A stretch of DNA of 64,000 nucleotides. Origin: an uncultured archaeon. GTDB lineage: Archaea; Thermoproteota; Bathyarchaeia; Bathyarchaeales; Bathycorpusculaceae. The stretch lies in the NCBI GenBank assembly GCA_963782915.1, contig CAWALK010000015.1, forward strand, positions 64,001-128,000, read 5' to 3'. The notes beneath the pieces were generated by a model. That model was not told where the DNA came from. It ran no database searches and was given only the letters and a program-made list of their open reading frames with translations. Position numbers and translations under genes: made by a program. Below are positions 42,961 through 54,870 of the stretch, piece after piece (position 1 is the stretch's first letter; each line of letters opens with the position of its first letter).

Positions 42961-45900
42961 TCATGCTTTCTGCTCAATTCGAGCTTTCTGTTGGGGGATT
43001 TCGAAAAGAAACAAAACACCTCTGCCCGCCTCACCTTTTTCCCGAACTTTCCAGCCGTAAACATCGCAAATCCGTTGAATCAGGTACAAGCCTAAACCTG
43101 TTCCTTTGCCGGCACCCTTCTCAAAAAGACTGGGCTTAACTTTAGCATCGATCCCTCCGCCGTTATCCTCAAAAAATATCTGCAAATCGCCGTTTTCAGC
43201 ATTTGTAGCTGATATTTTTATCTGAGTCAGGTTTTGCCCATACTTCAATGAGTTATCGATGAGGTTATGGAATATTTCTGTTAGGGCTGAATCAGCAAGG
43301 ACCTCATAATCTAGGTTTTCCAAGTCTATTTGAAGGTGTTTTAAGCCCGAAAACAAACCTTGCGCTGCAACAATTGCTTGGGGTATACTAATCCAGGTTA
43401 AGCCTTGGCTTCCAACAACTTCATAGGTTTGAGAGAATTCCAAAATGCGTAGAATGCTTTTGGCGGTAGAACTTATTTGCTCCATTTGGCTTAGCATTAT
43501 TACATTATCATTGGAGTATTTTTTACTCAGATATAATGTGTTGGTTATGTGAGAAAGCTTGTTTCTTATATCATGCCTAACAAATCCGCCAACTACACTT
43601 AACTTTTCAAGCAACATTTCCGCTTGGGCAAGCGCTTTATTACGTTCTTCATGGTCTTTCTTTCGTTGTGTAATATCACGGCTAATGGCTATGAATTTCA
43701 TGCCGCCAGACTCATCATTAACTAAGCTAATTCGGGCTTCAAGCCAAACATCTCTGCCCTTAGGTGCAAAATGAAGTTCTAGCGTCTGCACTTCCCCTGT
43801 ATTGACTAGCTGCTCCATTTTAGGGTTGAATTCCACAATGTCTTGAAGGCTTAGAAACTCCAGCACACTCTTTTTACCAATTAATTCTTCAGGCTTGATT
43901 TCTAAGACAGACTCAATCGATGGTGTAACAAACTGGAAAGTTCCGTTTACATCAGTTACCGTGATTATGTCTTTTGCATGTTCAGCTACGAAACGGTAGC
44001 GTTCTTCGCTTTCTTGTAGTTTTTCTTCTGTTTTTTTGCGTTCTGAAATATCTCGAATCAAGCCAACGGCATTCCAGCTTGTGCCTAATTTGAATGAGGA
44101 AAGGGATAATTCGGCGCAAAACTCTTCACCAGTTCTACGTATAGCAACAAATTCCATGTTCTTTTTCAGCGTAATACTTTTGCCCGTGTCTCTAAAAGCC
44201 TCAAATCCAACTGCATAAGTAGCGTGGAAACGTTCAGGTGTACAGATGAGATGGAAATCTTTTCCCCGAGTTTCCTCAAACGTGTAACCGAACATTTCTA
44301 CTGCAGCAGAGCTCCAGAATGAAATTTTCCCCTCTACATCAATCATTACAATTGCATCATTTGCAGAATCTGTGATAGCGCGCATCTGCCTCTCGCTATT
44401 AGCAAGTGCTTCCATGGCTGCATTGTTCTCTAAAGCGATAACAGCAAATTCAGCAAGCAAAGTCGCGATTAATAGGTCATTATCATTAAAGCCACCCTGT
44501 TTATTCGCTAATATTATGTAGCCAACTACGTTCTGTCTTGTTCTAAGGGGGATAATTGCTCCATTTGAAGGTACCTCAATAGGCATCTTCTTTATCAAAT
44601 CAACAAACGGGCTATCCCTAAGATTGTTGATGTAGACCGCTTGATTACTACAGCAGATTTTTTCGCATACATTGAGCAGGTTTTTTGAGACACTATTTTT
44701 ACTGTTATAGGTATTCCCTGTAAAATGTGAGATTGCAATGTCGTTTGCCCATTCAGAGCCAATTAAACAGATAAGCCCCGATTCGGAACGAATAATATTT
44801 TCAAATGAACCCAGAATCCTTTCAAGAACAGTCTCAGTACTGCAATTTCTCAGAATGGATTCTGAAATTACGATAAGATCCCTGAGATTTGCTTCCCTTC
44901 GCTTTGATTCTTCCAGCAACTCGACGATTTTATTTTCCTTAGTAATCTTCTCAGTAATGTCTCGGGTAATTGCTATATATGCCGAAGGATTGCCAAGTTC
45001 ATCCATAATTGCTTTTATTGAGCTTTCTGCCGTAAACTCCTGTCCATTTTGTTGCCTTACCCGGTAAGTGTTTGTTTTTACTTGTTTTTCCTTTACCGCT
45101 TCTTCGAAACTGCGAATAAGCTTCTCACGGTCTTTCTCAACAATAAAATCAGCGCCAGACCTTCCAATTACTTCCCCCGGATTACACCCGAAAAATCTTC
45201 CCGCAATATCATTACAACAGACAACTTTTCCATCTACCCCTACGATAGTCAACAGCATCCGGAGCCAGAGCCATAAAATTCTCTAATTCTTTTTGTCTGA
45301 GAAAAAGTGCCTTTTCTGTCCGTTTAAGGACTGAAATATCTATAACTGTGGTAAGAAGATGCGGTTGCTCCTCAATAGTAATTTCTTTGGTAGAATATAG
45401 CACAGTTGCGGTCGAGCCATCTCTTTTTTTGATTTTAACTTCTCGGTTTATTACTGATTGGTTTTTCTTAAGTGAAGTAATAATTTCTTCGCGGTCATTC
45501 ATATTAGCGTATATTTTTAGTTCGCGTGCAGTTTTTCCAATCATTCCCTCACGGGTATAACCTAATAACTTTAACAAACAATCGTTTACTTCGACAAATA
45601 AGCCGTCAGATACTCGGGTGAGGGCTAATGCGGCTCCACTTGAGTTGAATGCTGCACTATATTTCTCTTCTGAAACTCTGAGTTCATCTTCAGCTTTTTT
45701 TGTTTCAGTCACGTCTTGTACTATGCTTACAACTTGCAGTATTTTGTCATTTTCAATTATTTGTGAATAGGAATGGTGAAGCCATCTTGTTTGCCCTTGT
45801 TTGGTAATTATTCGATAATCTGCTTTACCGCTGACTTTTGTTGTCAGGGACGCTTGGAAGATTTTTTGCACTCGCTCAGAGTCTTCTGGATGAATAACCC

Positions 45901-46457
45901 ACGGGTTTTTTCCTATTAATTCCTCAGGTTCATAACCCAAAATCTCTTTGCTTGCTGGACTTACGTAGAGTATTATTCCGTCTGTTTGAGTGAGCATAAT
46001 CATGTCTTTGCTGCTTGTAACCATTTTTTTGAAGCGCTCTTCGCTCGCCCAGAGCATACGTGTAGCTTGAGCTTTTTCGTAGAGTTGGCGGATACCCGCA
46101 GATAATTCGGTATATACCACTTTGGGTTCGCCATGTTTATCGATATAGCGGTCTGTTCCCAAATTGAGGGCTTGTACAACGATTTCTTCTCGACCTTTTC
46201 CGGTGAAGAGAATAAACGGGATATCCGAACCGTTTTCCCGTAATAATTTGAGAAAATCCAAGCCATTTTTCATTGGCATCTCATAATCTGAGATGATAAC
46301 GTCATATTGTTCGGTTTTTAATTTGAGGAGCGCCTCATCTACGGAGTAAGCTGTTTCTACAGAGAAGGGTCCTTCGCATTCTAGAATGCTCTTGGAAACA
46401 TTGCACGAATGAGCTGTCATCGTCTACATGGAGCACTCGTATCTCTGTAGTTGTCAC
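42961..46457 (-). CDS. REC-multiPAS-GAF histidine kinase, frameshifts near 46400 and 45255
   Basis: IRVLHVDDD read from GTG 46457; SDYEMP; PAS repeats; GAF (LANKQGGF); RHDIRNKL; GTGLGL. Confidence 0.85.
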
Positions 46458-46554
46458 TAGCCGTCACCAATCGCCAACTTATTCAGTTTCTGAGCAAAAA
46501 ACGTTGTGTACAACCAAAAAAAGACAAACAAAAAGTAGACAAATAAGAAAGAAT

Positions 46555-46812
46555 TTACTTCTTTCTAGATTCTATTATTCCTCGGCATTTATCGGCGAAT
46601 TGACAGTATTCTAGACAAGCGGCAGATGGGTCAGGACGTTTCCATTCAGCGCCACAGCTTGGGCAAGTGGTTTTGTCTTCATCGGTCCAGATTTCAAGTT
46701 CTCCACCGCATACATGGCAGTTGATATAGGCGGGTTTTGGTTGTAATAGATCGCGCAGTCCAGGGCAGGTATCAGGGTTCTTTGTAACAGGTTTATCTTT
46801 AGAGCTCAACAA
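46555..46812 (-). CDS. Small Cys-rich metal-binding protein
   Basis: CPG, CHVCG, CPSCG and CLEYCQFADKC; overlaps the stop of the upstream gene. Confidence 0.7.
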   Translation of the reverse strand: MLSSKDKPVTKNPDTCPGLRDLLQPKPAYINCHVCGGELEIWTDEDKTTCPSCGAEWKRPDPSAACLEYCQFADKCRGIIESRKK

Positions 46813-47437
46813 TGTCACCCCCAATTTTGACTTCGTACTCTTTAACTGGAACATGCTTGCCAGAGCCCTCCAACGCCTTGTTAACGGCCCATTTTAATCC
46901 TGTGCAGCAGGGCACTTCCATGTGAACAACGGTTATGGCGGCGATGTTGTTTTGCTGTAGTATCTCGGTTAGTTTAGCTGCGTATGCTCTTGCGTCGTTG
47001 AATTTGGGGCATCCGATGATTACTCGTTTGCCACTCATGAGGTCGTGGAAGTTTTTGAGTGCAACTGGCGCGCAGTCGGCTGCGAGTAGGAGGTTGGCGT
47101 TTTCGAAAAACGGCGCTTTTACGGGTACTAGATCGAGTTTAACTGGCCACTGGGGCTTCTGTGGACCGGTGTTTGCAGGTGCTGGTTTTGTGGTTCCTGT
47201 GGTTTTTAGGTATTCGTGGACTTCCGTCTCGCTGAAGGCGTCAGCTTCGCGTTCTGTAACTGTGATTGCGCCTTGTGGGCATTGTCCTAGGCATGCGCCG
47301 AGTCCATCGCAGTAGGTGTCCTTGACAAGTTTTGCTTTTCCATTAATGATTTTGAGTGCGCCTTCGGCACATTTGGGGATGCATTGTCCGCATCCATTGC
47401 AGAGGCTTTCATCTATATTTACGATTTTTCGTTTCAT
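46799..47437 (-). CDS. 4Fe-4S dicluster ferredoxin-domain protein
   Basis: CNGCGQCIPKC, CDGLGACLGQCP, QWPVKL, AADC, GCPK and MEVPCC. Confidence 0.88.
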   Translation of the reverse strand: MKRKIVNIDESLCNGCGQCIPKCAEGALKIINGKAKLVKDTYCDGLGACLGQCPQGAITVTEREADAFSETEVHEYLKTTGTTKPAPANTGPQKPQWPVKLDLVPVKAPFFENANLLLAADCAPVALKNFHDLMSGKRVIIGCPKFNDARAYAAKLTEILQQNNIAAITVVHMEVPCCTGLKWAVNKALEGSGKHVPVKEYEVKIGGDIVEL

Positions 47438-47757
47438 ACTTGTTCCTCTTTTAGGCAGTTTCCGCCTGTGGGGCAAAATTTCATGGCATGGTTTTCTATG
47501 GCGTCAAAGATGGGGGCGATGGTTTCGAGGTTGACGGTTAGGATGTGTTTTTTGCCTTCTTGGTGGCTTGTTAGGATGTTGCATTCGAGTAGGGGTTTTA
47601 GGTTGTGGCTGATCATGCTTTGTTCTTGGCCGAGTGCTGTGGCGAGTTCGGTGACGCTCATTGGTTTGTTGATTAATTGTTCGATGGCGGCGAGGCGTGT
47701 GGGGTTTGCTAGGTTTGTGAAGAATCTGTAGCAGATTTGGGTTAGGCCTTTTTTCAT
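47434..47757 (-). CDS. ArsR/SmtB family repressor
   Basis: LANPTRLAAI and QEQSMISHNLKPL. Confidence 0.88.
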   Translation of the reverse strand: MKKGLTQICYRFFTNLANPTRLAAIEQLINKPMSVTELATALGQEQSMISHNLKPLLECNILTSHQEGKKHILTVNLETIAPIFDAIENHAMKFCPTGGNCLKEEQV

Positions 47758-47776
47758 TTTTCTTGCCTCAACAGTG

Positions 47777-47812
47777 ATATGAATAATGTTACATATGAAT
47801 AATTGTTCATAT
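47777..47812. promoter_or_regulatory. ArsR/SmtB-type operator
   Basis: ATATGAA-TAATTG-TTCATAT (47793-47812) plus an overlapping imperfect copy; fits the TGAA-N6-TTCA core of SmtB/CzrA operators. Confidence 0.65.
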
Positions 47813-47897
47813 AAACGTTTCTGGTAAAATACCGCTCGATTGACCTGTAGATGGCGAAGTATTCGGCGACAAAAAGTCACAATTCTTATAATCTAAT

Positions 47898-49768
47898 ATG
47901 CTGTGTCACTTGGAAGTGAACCATACGTACAGACGAATTATCGATTCGTTAGGGAACGCAGTGCTCGTAATTGACGCCGACAACTACGCAATAGTAGATG
48001 TTAATCCAGAAGCGTCAAAACAGCTAAAACTAACAAAACAGGAACTTGTAGGAAAAACATGTTACCAAGTTTCACATCAAAGAACCTCACCGTGCCCCGA
48101 GGAGGCATGCCCCGTACGTATGGCACTTAAAAATATGAAGCCCTGCACGGTTGAACATCAACACTTTGACAAAAACAATAACCCGCAAATCGTGGAGATC
48201 ACAACTTTCCCCCTGCTATCGGAAGAAAGAACAACAGTAATCCACGTTTCCAAAGACATAACAGCACAAAAACAGTTAATTAAAAAAATCCAAGAAGACG
48301 AAAAACGTTACCACGCATTATTCGACCATGCCCCATTAGGCATCCTCATCATAGACCCCCAATTAGCAGCGCCCGTAGAGTTTAACGAATTAGCACATAA
48401 ACAGTTGGGATATACTCGAGAAGAGTTCAGTAAGCTTCGAATTCAAGATTACAAGTATAAAAGAACAAGAAATGAAACCAAAGCCCTCATAGACAAGATT
48501 CTGCAGGAAGGCAAAATCGAGTTTGAAGATAAACACGTTACAAAGAACGGTGATGTACGTGATGTCATCGTTATTTCTCAAGCTATAGAGTTGTCTGGGA
48601 AAACTTATCTGCAGAGTATCTATCGAGACATCACTGAAGCCAAAGAAGTAGAGCTCGCACTTATGGAAAGCGAGACCATGTATCGTTTGCTCGTTGAGAA
48701 TGCCCGTGAAGGCGTCTGGGCTCTTAACGGCAATAACCGCACAGTGTATGTTAACCCAAAAATGGCCAAAATGCTGCGTTACACTGAGAGTGAGATGCGA
48801 GGAAAAACCCTAAACGAGTTTTTGGACAAAAAGGACACCAACGCCGCCAAGAACGGATGGAGCGACTACATTGGCAATCAAGGGGAATGGGAATTCATTT
48901 TTAACGCAAGGATGGAATCCGAATCTATGCGCTCGTCTCTTTCTCAGCTATAGAAGACGACGACGGATGCATCCAGGGAACCCTTGCATTGGTCACAGAC
49001 ATCACCTTACGCCGAGCCATGGAAGAAAAACTGGAGGCGTATTCAAAAAATCTTGAGCAAACCGTAGAGCAAAGAACCAACCAACTGCTTGAGGCACAAT
49101 CTAAACTGGTTAAATCGGAACGCCTCGCTGCTATAGGAGAAGTTGCAGCGATGGTTGGACATGACCTGCGCAATCCATTAACAGGAATAAATGGCGCTGT
49201 ATTTTACCTCAAAAAGAAGCTACCCCCCAATCTGGAGCCTGAAGCATTGCAGATGCTCGACGTCATCGAGAGAGATATCCAATACGCAAATGCCATCATA
49301 ACGGATTTGATGGATTATTCCAGAGAACTCAAACTAGAATTAAGCGAGACAACGCCTAAACGGGTGATCGCCGAGTCGATTTCACTTGTCAAAATTCCAA
49401 AGGACATCCGAATTGTAGATGCAAGCGAGACATTCCCAACTATACTGATAGATGTCGGGAAAATGCAGAGGGTATTTGCGAATTTTATCAAGAACGCAAT
49501 TGAAGCCATGCCTAAAGGCGGTGAATTGTCAATAAAAAGCCGAACCATGGATGGAATGGTTGAATTCAAAATCGCTGACTGCGGCTGCGGCATATCCTCG
49601 GAGGTGCTTGAGAAAATGTGGATGCCCTTTTTTACGACTAAAGCTAAGGGTATGGGGTTGGGTTTAGCGATTTGTAAAGGCATAATTGATGCTCATGAGG
49701 GCAAGGTTTGTGTTGAGAGCACTATTGGGCAGGGTACAGCCTTCACGGTTACTTTACCCATTATTTAA
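47898..49768 (+). CDS. Multi-PAS histidine kinase, frameshift near 48903
   Basis: PAS with GKTCY..CP; GHDLRNPL; NFIKNA; GMGLGL. Confidence 0.85.
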
Positions 49769-49951
49769 AACCAAAAAAATAATGCAGATTATGCTGCCGT
49801 TTAGAGTCGGTATCTGCTCTAAGTCGGGTGAACCGGTGTCGGGGGTAACGAAGTAGAAAACCATTCCGCATGCAAGGCATTTGACTTCTTGATTTCTTTG
49901 GCGTTCAACTCTGGGTGAATGGCATTTTGGGCAACGTAACTGTCCGGACAT
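49754..49951 (-). CDS. Small zinc-ribbon protein
   Basis: CPKC...CLAC. Confidence 0.55.
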   Translation of the reverse strand: MSGQLRCPKCHSPRVERQRNQEVKCLACGMVFYFVTPDTGSPDLEQIPTLNGSIICIIFLVLNNG

Positions 49952-50029
49952 TTCAGATTCTTCCGTGACCCAATCGTTAAAGAATAGTTCAATTAAGTGT
50001 TTTCCCCAAAAAGGGAGGGATATTGAGGA

Positions 50030-51888
50030 TTACTTGGTTTTTCTATTGTGCCGTAATCCGAAGAATAGTAAACCGCTGCCTGCAACGCCTGCGAATATTA
50101 TTGCCCAAAGCCACCACTGCGTCCACACTGGCTGCGCTGGTGTTTGGGCGGTGTTGCTGAGTTGAAGCTCGTCGATGGTGCAGATGGCGTCGTGGCCGAT
50201 GTAGGTTTCAGTTTGCCGCAAAGTGGAGCCTTGGGGATTAGCGGTGCCGGCGGTGACTTTGACTTCTTGTTCTTGATCGTTAACGTAGATGTGCATGCCA
50301 GTGGTTGTGCTGCGTGTGAAGACGACGTGTATCCATTGGTTGAGTTGAACGACGGATTGTGTGGTGACGATTTCGTTTAAGCCCCCGTCTTTTGTGTAGC
50401 ACATATCCGCGGATTGCGCCTAATGCTGCTGCACTATCGTTTTGCGGTGCTTCACCGTTGATTGCTAACCCAAACGTGCGTGTTGGCAGGGCATCGGTGC
50501 CTCGCAGGGCTTCGACGATGATGTTGTTGTATGGGATTGGTTTGTATGATTGCACATTTATCCAGACATCAACCGTTACTTCTCCGCTGATTTCAAGGCT
50601 TGGCGAAGCTGGCACAATTATGTATTGTTGCCCGTCGAAAGCTAAGGCTTTGCCGTATTTGCCCTCTACGGTTTGGGGAACATAGGATTTGTTGACTGTC
50701 ACGGAGCCTAAAATGGCTGGGTTGTTGCCTGTTGAATCGAGGCTTATGCCAGTGGCGTCTATGGTGTCAAATGACCATGAAGCAACTACCCCATTGGATG
50801 CAACTGCTGGTGTTGGATTAGTTGGAGCAGTGTTTCCTAAGTTGGAAGTGTCAAATTTGGCGATGAGGGGATAGTTGTCTTGTGCCCCTGTATACACCTG
50901 GTAGGGTGTGTTGGCTATGCCTGAATTGCCGATTTCGGTTGCAGTTGGGATATTTTGTTTGGTAGTCGCTCCAGTAGTTGCCGCCGCTTTGAGCGCCGTT
51001 ATCCCAGAATTGGACTGGAGTGGACTCGTTAACGTAGACGCCATAGATGTTGCCAACGAAGTTGTTGTGGTAGAAGGTGTTGTCGTGTGGAGCAGCCCAT
51101 TGTGGCGTGATGTAGATGCCCCATTTATTCTGTGATATGTCGTTGGCTGCGAGTATGTTTTTGGAGCCTGCCAACCAGATGGCTGATTCAGTGTTGGAAG
51201 TGAATTTGTTGCCAAACACCACTGAATAGGAAGTTCCTAAACCTAACCCTCTTAAGTTATGGTCGAAGGTGTTGTTGGTTACGGTGTTTGAGTATCCCTG
51301 TAATGCGAGACCTGACACAGCGTTTCCAGTAATGGTGTTGCCTGTAATGTTGTAGTATGAACCAGCATAGAAGCGCATGCCATCTTTGAGGTTATTGGCG
51401 ATGGTGTTATCGATGATTTGGGTGTAGGATTGAACGGAGCAGAATAGGCCCATGTAATTGTTTTGGATTATGTTGCCCTGGATTGTAGTGTGGTCTGCTT
51501 GGATTTTGATGCCTGTGGCGTAGAGGTTGGTGGTTGTGTAGTTTTGGCTTTCAATCGTGAAGCCGATGATTTTTGCGTTGTCAGCATTCAATGCTACGAC
51601 TGGGCGGGATCCTCGGTCAACGCCGCCTTCGCCTATTATTATGGTGGTTTGGCTGTTTTCGCCAATTATCGATATTGACTTGTTTACTTGCAGGTTTTCA
51701 TGATAAACCCCGCTCTGTACAGCTATAGTGTCGCCGTCTGAGGCGTGATTAATAGCTTCAGAGATAGTGGAGTAATCGGTTGGGACAGTAATTGTTTTTG
51801 AGGCGAAGCCTGTTTGGAGATTAATGAGCCAAATTGCCGAGAGTAAGATTACGCTCAGCGCCAAAACTTTTTTGCTGTTTTGATTCAT
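50030..51888 (-). CDS. Secreted NosD-like beta-helix plus LamG domain with C-terminal TM, frameshifts near 50945 and 50400
   Basis: ITVPTDYSTISEAI, N/I-rich coils, GNYWSDY, VASWSFD, GKYGKALAFDG, WIHVVFT and IDELQLSN. Confidence 0.82.
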
Positions 51889-52094
51889 ACCAAGTCACTG
51901 ACATCAATAGTCCTCGGCTTAGATATTACTCTCCCCAAGGAACACCCTGTTCCCGAAGATGGAACACCCAAGATTTAGGCGGGTACCAAAAAATTGGTGA
52001 TTATTAGCAATTAATGGGGATTAAGGACGCAGAATGAAGGGGAAGCTTTTTGAGTGCCCTTGTTCCATATTGCACGCTAAAGGACGTTAATATT

Positions 52095-52226
52095 TTGTCT
52101 AAAAAAGCAAAGAAAGCAGAAGGATTAGAACACCACAAGCAATTACAGCGAGAAAAAGATCAGAAACGCAAAGACCGCAAACAGGTTTCATTGCCGTCAA
52201 AACTCGCAAACAAGGGCAAAAAGTAG
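52095..52226 (+). CDS. Putative 43-aa basic protein
   Basis: TTG start; MSKKAKKAEGLEHHKQLQREKDQKRKDRKQVSLPSKLANKGKK*; T-rich tract downstream. Confidence 0.45.
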   Translation: MSKKAKKAEGLEHHKQLQREKDQKRKDRKQVSLPSKLANKGKK

Positions 52227-52365
52227 CCCTCCAAAAAAGAACAAGTGCCTTTTTCCTTTTTATAATTTTTACAATCAATGTTATCTTAAAATTTCGTTTA
52301 TTTGCCAGTCTGGAGAATGCTCGGGGTCTGTCATTTCGTTTAATTCTTCATCTTTCCCAATCAGA

Positions 52366-52439
52366 CTGGGACGGCGACATCATCCCCCGATGGAAAACAC
52401 ACCGTCCCCGACTAAAAAGCCTTGGGTTCAAAGGAGGAA
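52366..52439 (+). repeat. Repeat A1 (hairpin, CCGACTA, integrase RBS)
   Basis: 74 bp identical to 58407-58480; GGGACGG...CCGTCCC stem; similarity continues to about 52511. Confidence 0.92.
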
Positions 52440-52446
52440 GATAAAG

Positions 52447-53398
52447 ATGAAGAAACAAACCCTAAGAACCCCAACAAAGTAAACCAGCAGACCCACAAAC
52501 ATCGGTAAATTAAACATTCCAAACGTTATGCTCTGGATGCTAAACGAACGCCTATGAGCAAACAACGATTAAGAGAGTGGCTAAAGAGCTTAGGCATTTA
52601 GAACGAAACTGCAAAACAAATAACCCCGAAGAAGTTAAACTCTTTATAGCTAAAAAGAACTGTTCAAATGCAAGAAAAGAAAACCTAATTGAGTCATACA
52701 ATATAGCGATAAAATCCTTAGGCTTAACATGGAACAAGCCATTTTATGAGCGCTATGATAAAAAGCGCAGAGCGCCAAAAGAAGCACTTTTAGATTTTAT
52801 GATTAATCATTTACGTTTTGAGATGGCACTTAAACTGTCATTACTCAAAGACTTAGGAACACGTCCACAAGAACTTACTGTGGTTAACAGTCAAAGACAT
52901 TGACCTTAACACTGGATTGGTAAGCATCACAGGAGCTAAAGCACACAGTAGGACGAGATGGGAAACTTAAAGCCAAATCAATGGCACTTGCTCAAAAGCT
53001 ATATAGAGAGAAAACAGCTAAATGCAAACAGCAAACTTTTCGAAGTTCAAGCATCAGACTAATTTAGGCAACGATGTACAGACACGCAAGAAACCGATTA
53101 GCCAAAGACTACAGCATGCCCGAACTCAAACAAATCTGCCTATATGACTTCAGACGCTTCAAAGCATCCAAAGAATACACGCTCTCAAAGCACAACACAT
53201 TCTATGTCAAGCAACTACTTGGACACAAAGACTTCACGAAGCATAGAACGCTACATAAGCGTATTCGATGATTCAAATGTAAACTGGATACCAGTAATAT
53301 GCCATAACCAAGAGGAAATAGAACAAGCAATCAAAGGATGACTGCGATCTTAGTATGCCAAGAGAATGGAATAACGTATTTTAAAAGAGCCTGTTTGA
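52447..53398 (+). pseudogene. Tyrosine recombinase/integrase with multiple frameshifts
   Basis: Across frames: LGTRPQEL (R), ITGAK (K), LYDFRR (YxxR), QLLGHK and IERYI (Y). Confidence 0.82.
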
Positions 53399-53608
53399 AA
53401 ACACGTTAAATTATGACAAACGTACAACTATCGAAATAACCCTTTAAAAGTTCGAGAAGAGCTACACCTTCTAGAATTTCCATTGTTTTAAGTGACAAAC
53501 GTGAGGAATTTTTATAAACACCTTGTGGAACAAGGTAAGAGTTGTAAAGAAATCAATCTCCAAATTTATAAAAAATACAAACAATATAAGTCTTCTGAAG
53601 AGCAAAAT

Positions 53609-54433
53609 ATGGCATCCCATATTGAAACTCTAGTCGTATGCTATTTAGCTTAATCAATGACGAGTCTATTGGACAACCATTAAAGATTACCATTCTTTCT
53701 GAAATCGGGATTTGTAATAGCTGATAAAAATATGAAAAATGAAGAGAAAAAATGATTCTTACTCTAAAAATTCTTTAATGAAATCAAACCATCGTGGTCC
53801 AAAATGTCATCTGAAAAAGGGATTTATCCAGATGATATAAATGGACACGAACATTCGATTTGTCTAATCGATGAGTACGCTAACAACATTAGCTGTTGCA
53901 ATAAAATTTAATTGTGAGGCAGATATCGACTCAACTTAATACGACAAGCAATTGCAAGAGTTCGAGTTCAGCTTAAAGAATTTGAAACATTAGCGCTATT
54001 ATCACGAATTGAAGGTATATTCAATTGCTATGGTGAATCAAGTAAAATATCAGGATTAAAAGTCTCCATTAAACAATCATCTGGTCTTTTACTTAAAGAA
54101 TTGTTGGAAGACTCAGAAATTATGGCTCTTTCTCAAGAAAGGTATATGTTAGGAATACCGAGTAAGGCTAAACTTGCTCTCAAGACAATCGGACAAAAAA
54201 CACAGGATGTACTTTCGGTTAATAAGAATAGAAAATATCTTGCAATTGCTCAAAAGGTAGGAAATATTGCGACGAAAAATATTGGGTTAGAAATCCCCGA
54301 GTTACCTATCGAGAAAGACACAGAATTCATGCCGCCTTTATTTGCCCTTAACGATTATAAACCAAATTGTCTAGTGACTTTAAAGGGCTCTACCATCGGT
54401 GATGCCCTCACCCAACGAAGAGCAAAACATTGA
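53609..54433 (+). pseudogene. AT-rich hypothetical gene, fragmented
   Basis: ORF 54101..54433 is open upstream, with further broken coding-like sequence back to about 53609. Confidence 0.4.
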
Positions 54434-54870
54434 GTAAAAAGTCTGACGTGGGGGTCTCTTCACCCTTAAGCTCGCTTCGCTCCCGCTTGCGCGGGTCGCT
54501 CCGCTTCTGCCTCGCCGAATGTTGAGCAAGAGCCAAACGATGCGTTGAGCTATTCATCAATTTCTTCGTTCTCCCACAAATCATCAAAGGGGACAAAGCC
54601 CAACTGTACTGAATCCAATATTCGCAGGTAACCGCCTACAAAAAGGCATGTGGTAGCGAATTCGCCATGACCCTTACCTCTGTTGTGGAAATCGAATAAG
54701 CCCAACATTGAATACCCATACTAATTCATCGGACACTTTGACCGCATGATACTCTATAATATGGGGAGGCTTAAACAACCCATTGCGCTCTAAGAAGTCG
54801 GTGCAGATTGCACCGACCTTTATCTTACTCCACTGGCGCTCTATTCGCCTTCTTTGCTGGCGAAGCATAT

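Noticed and set aside
52366-52440. Repeat A as a tRNA-derived att site (contains GGGTTCAAA)
   Set aside because: No cloverleaf, T-stem or acceptor end can be built on either strand
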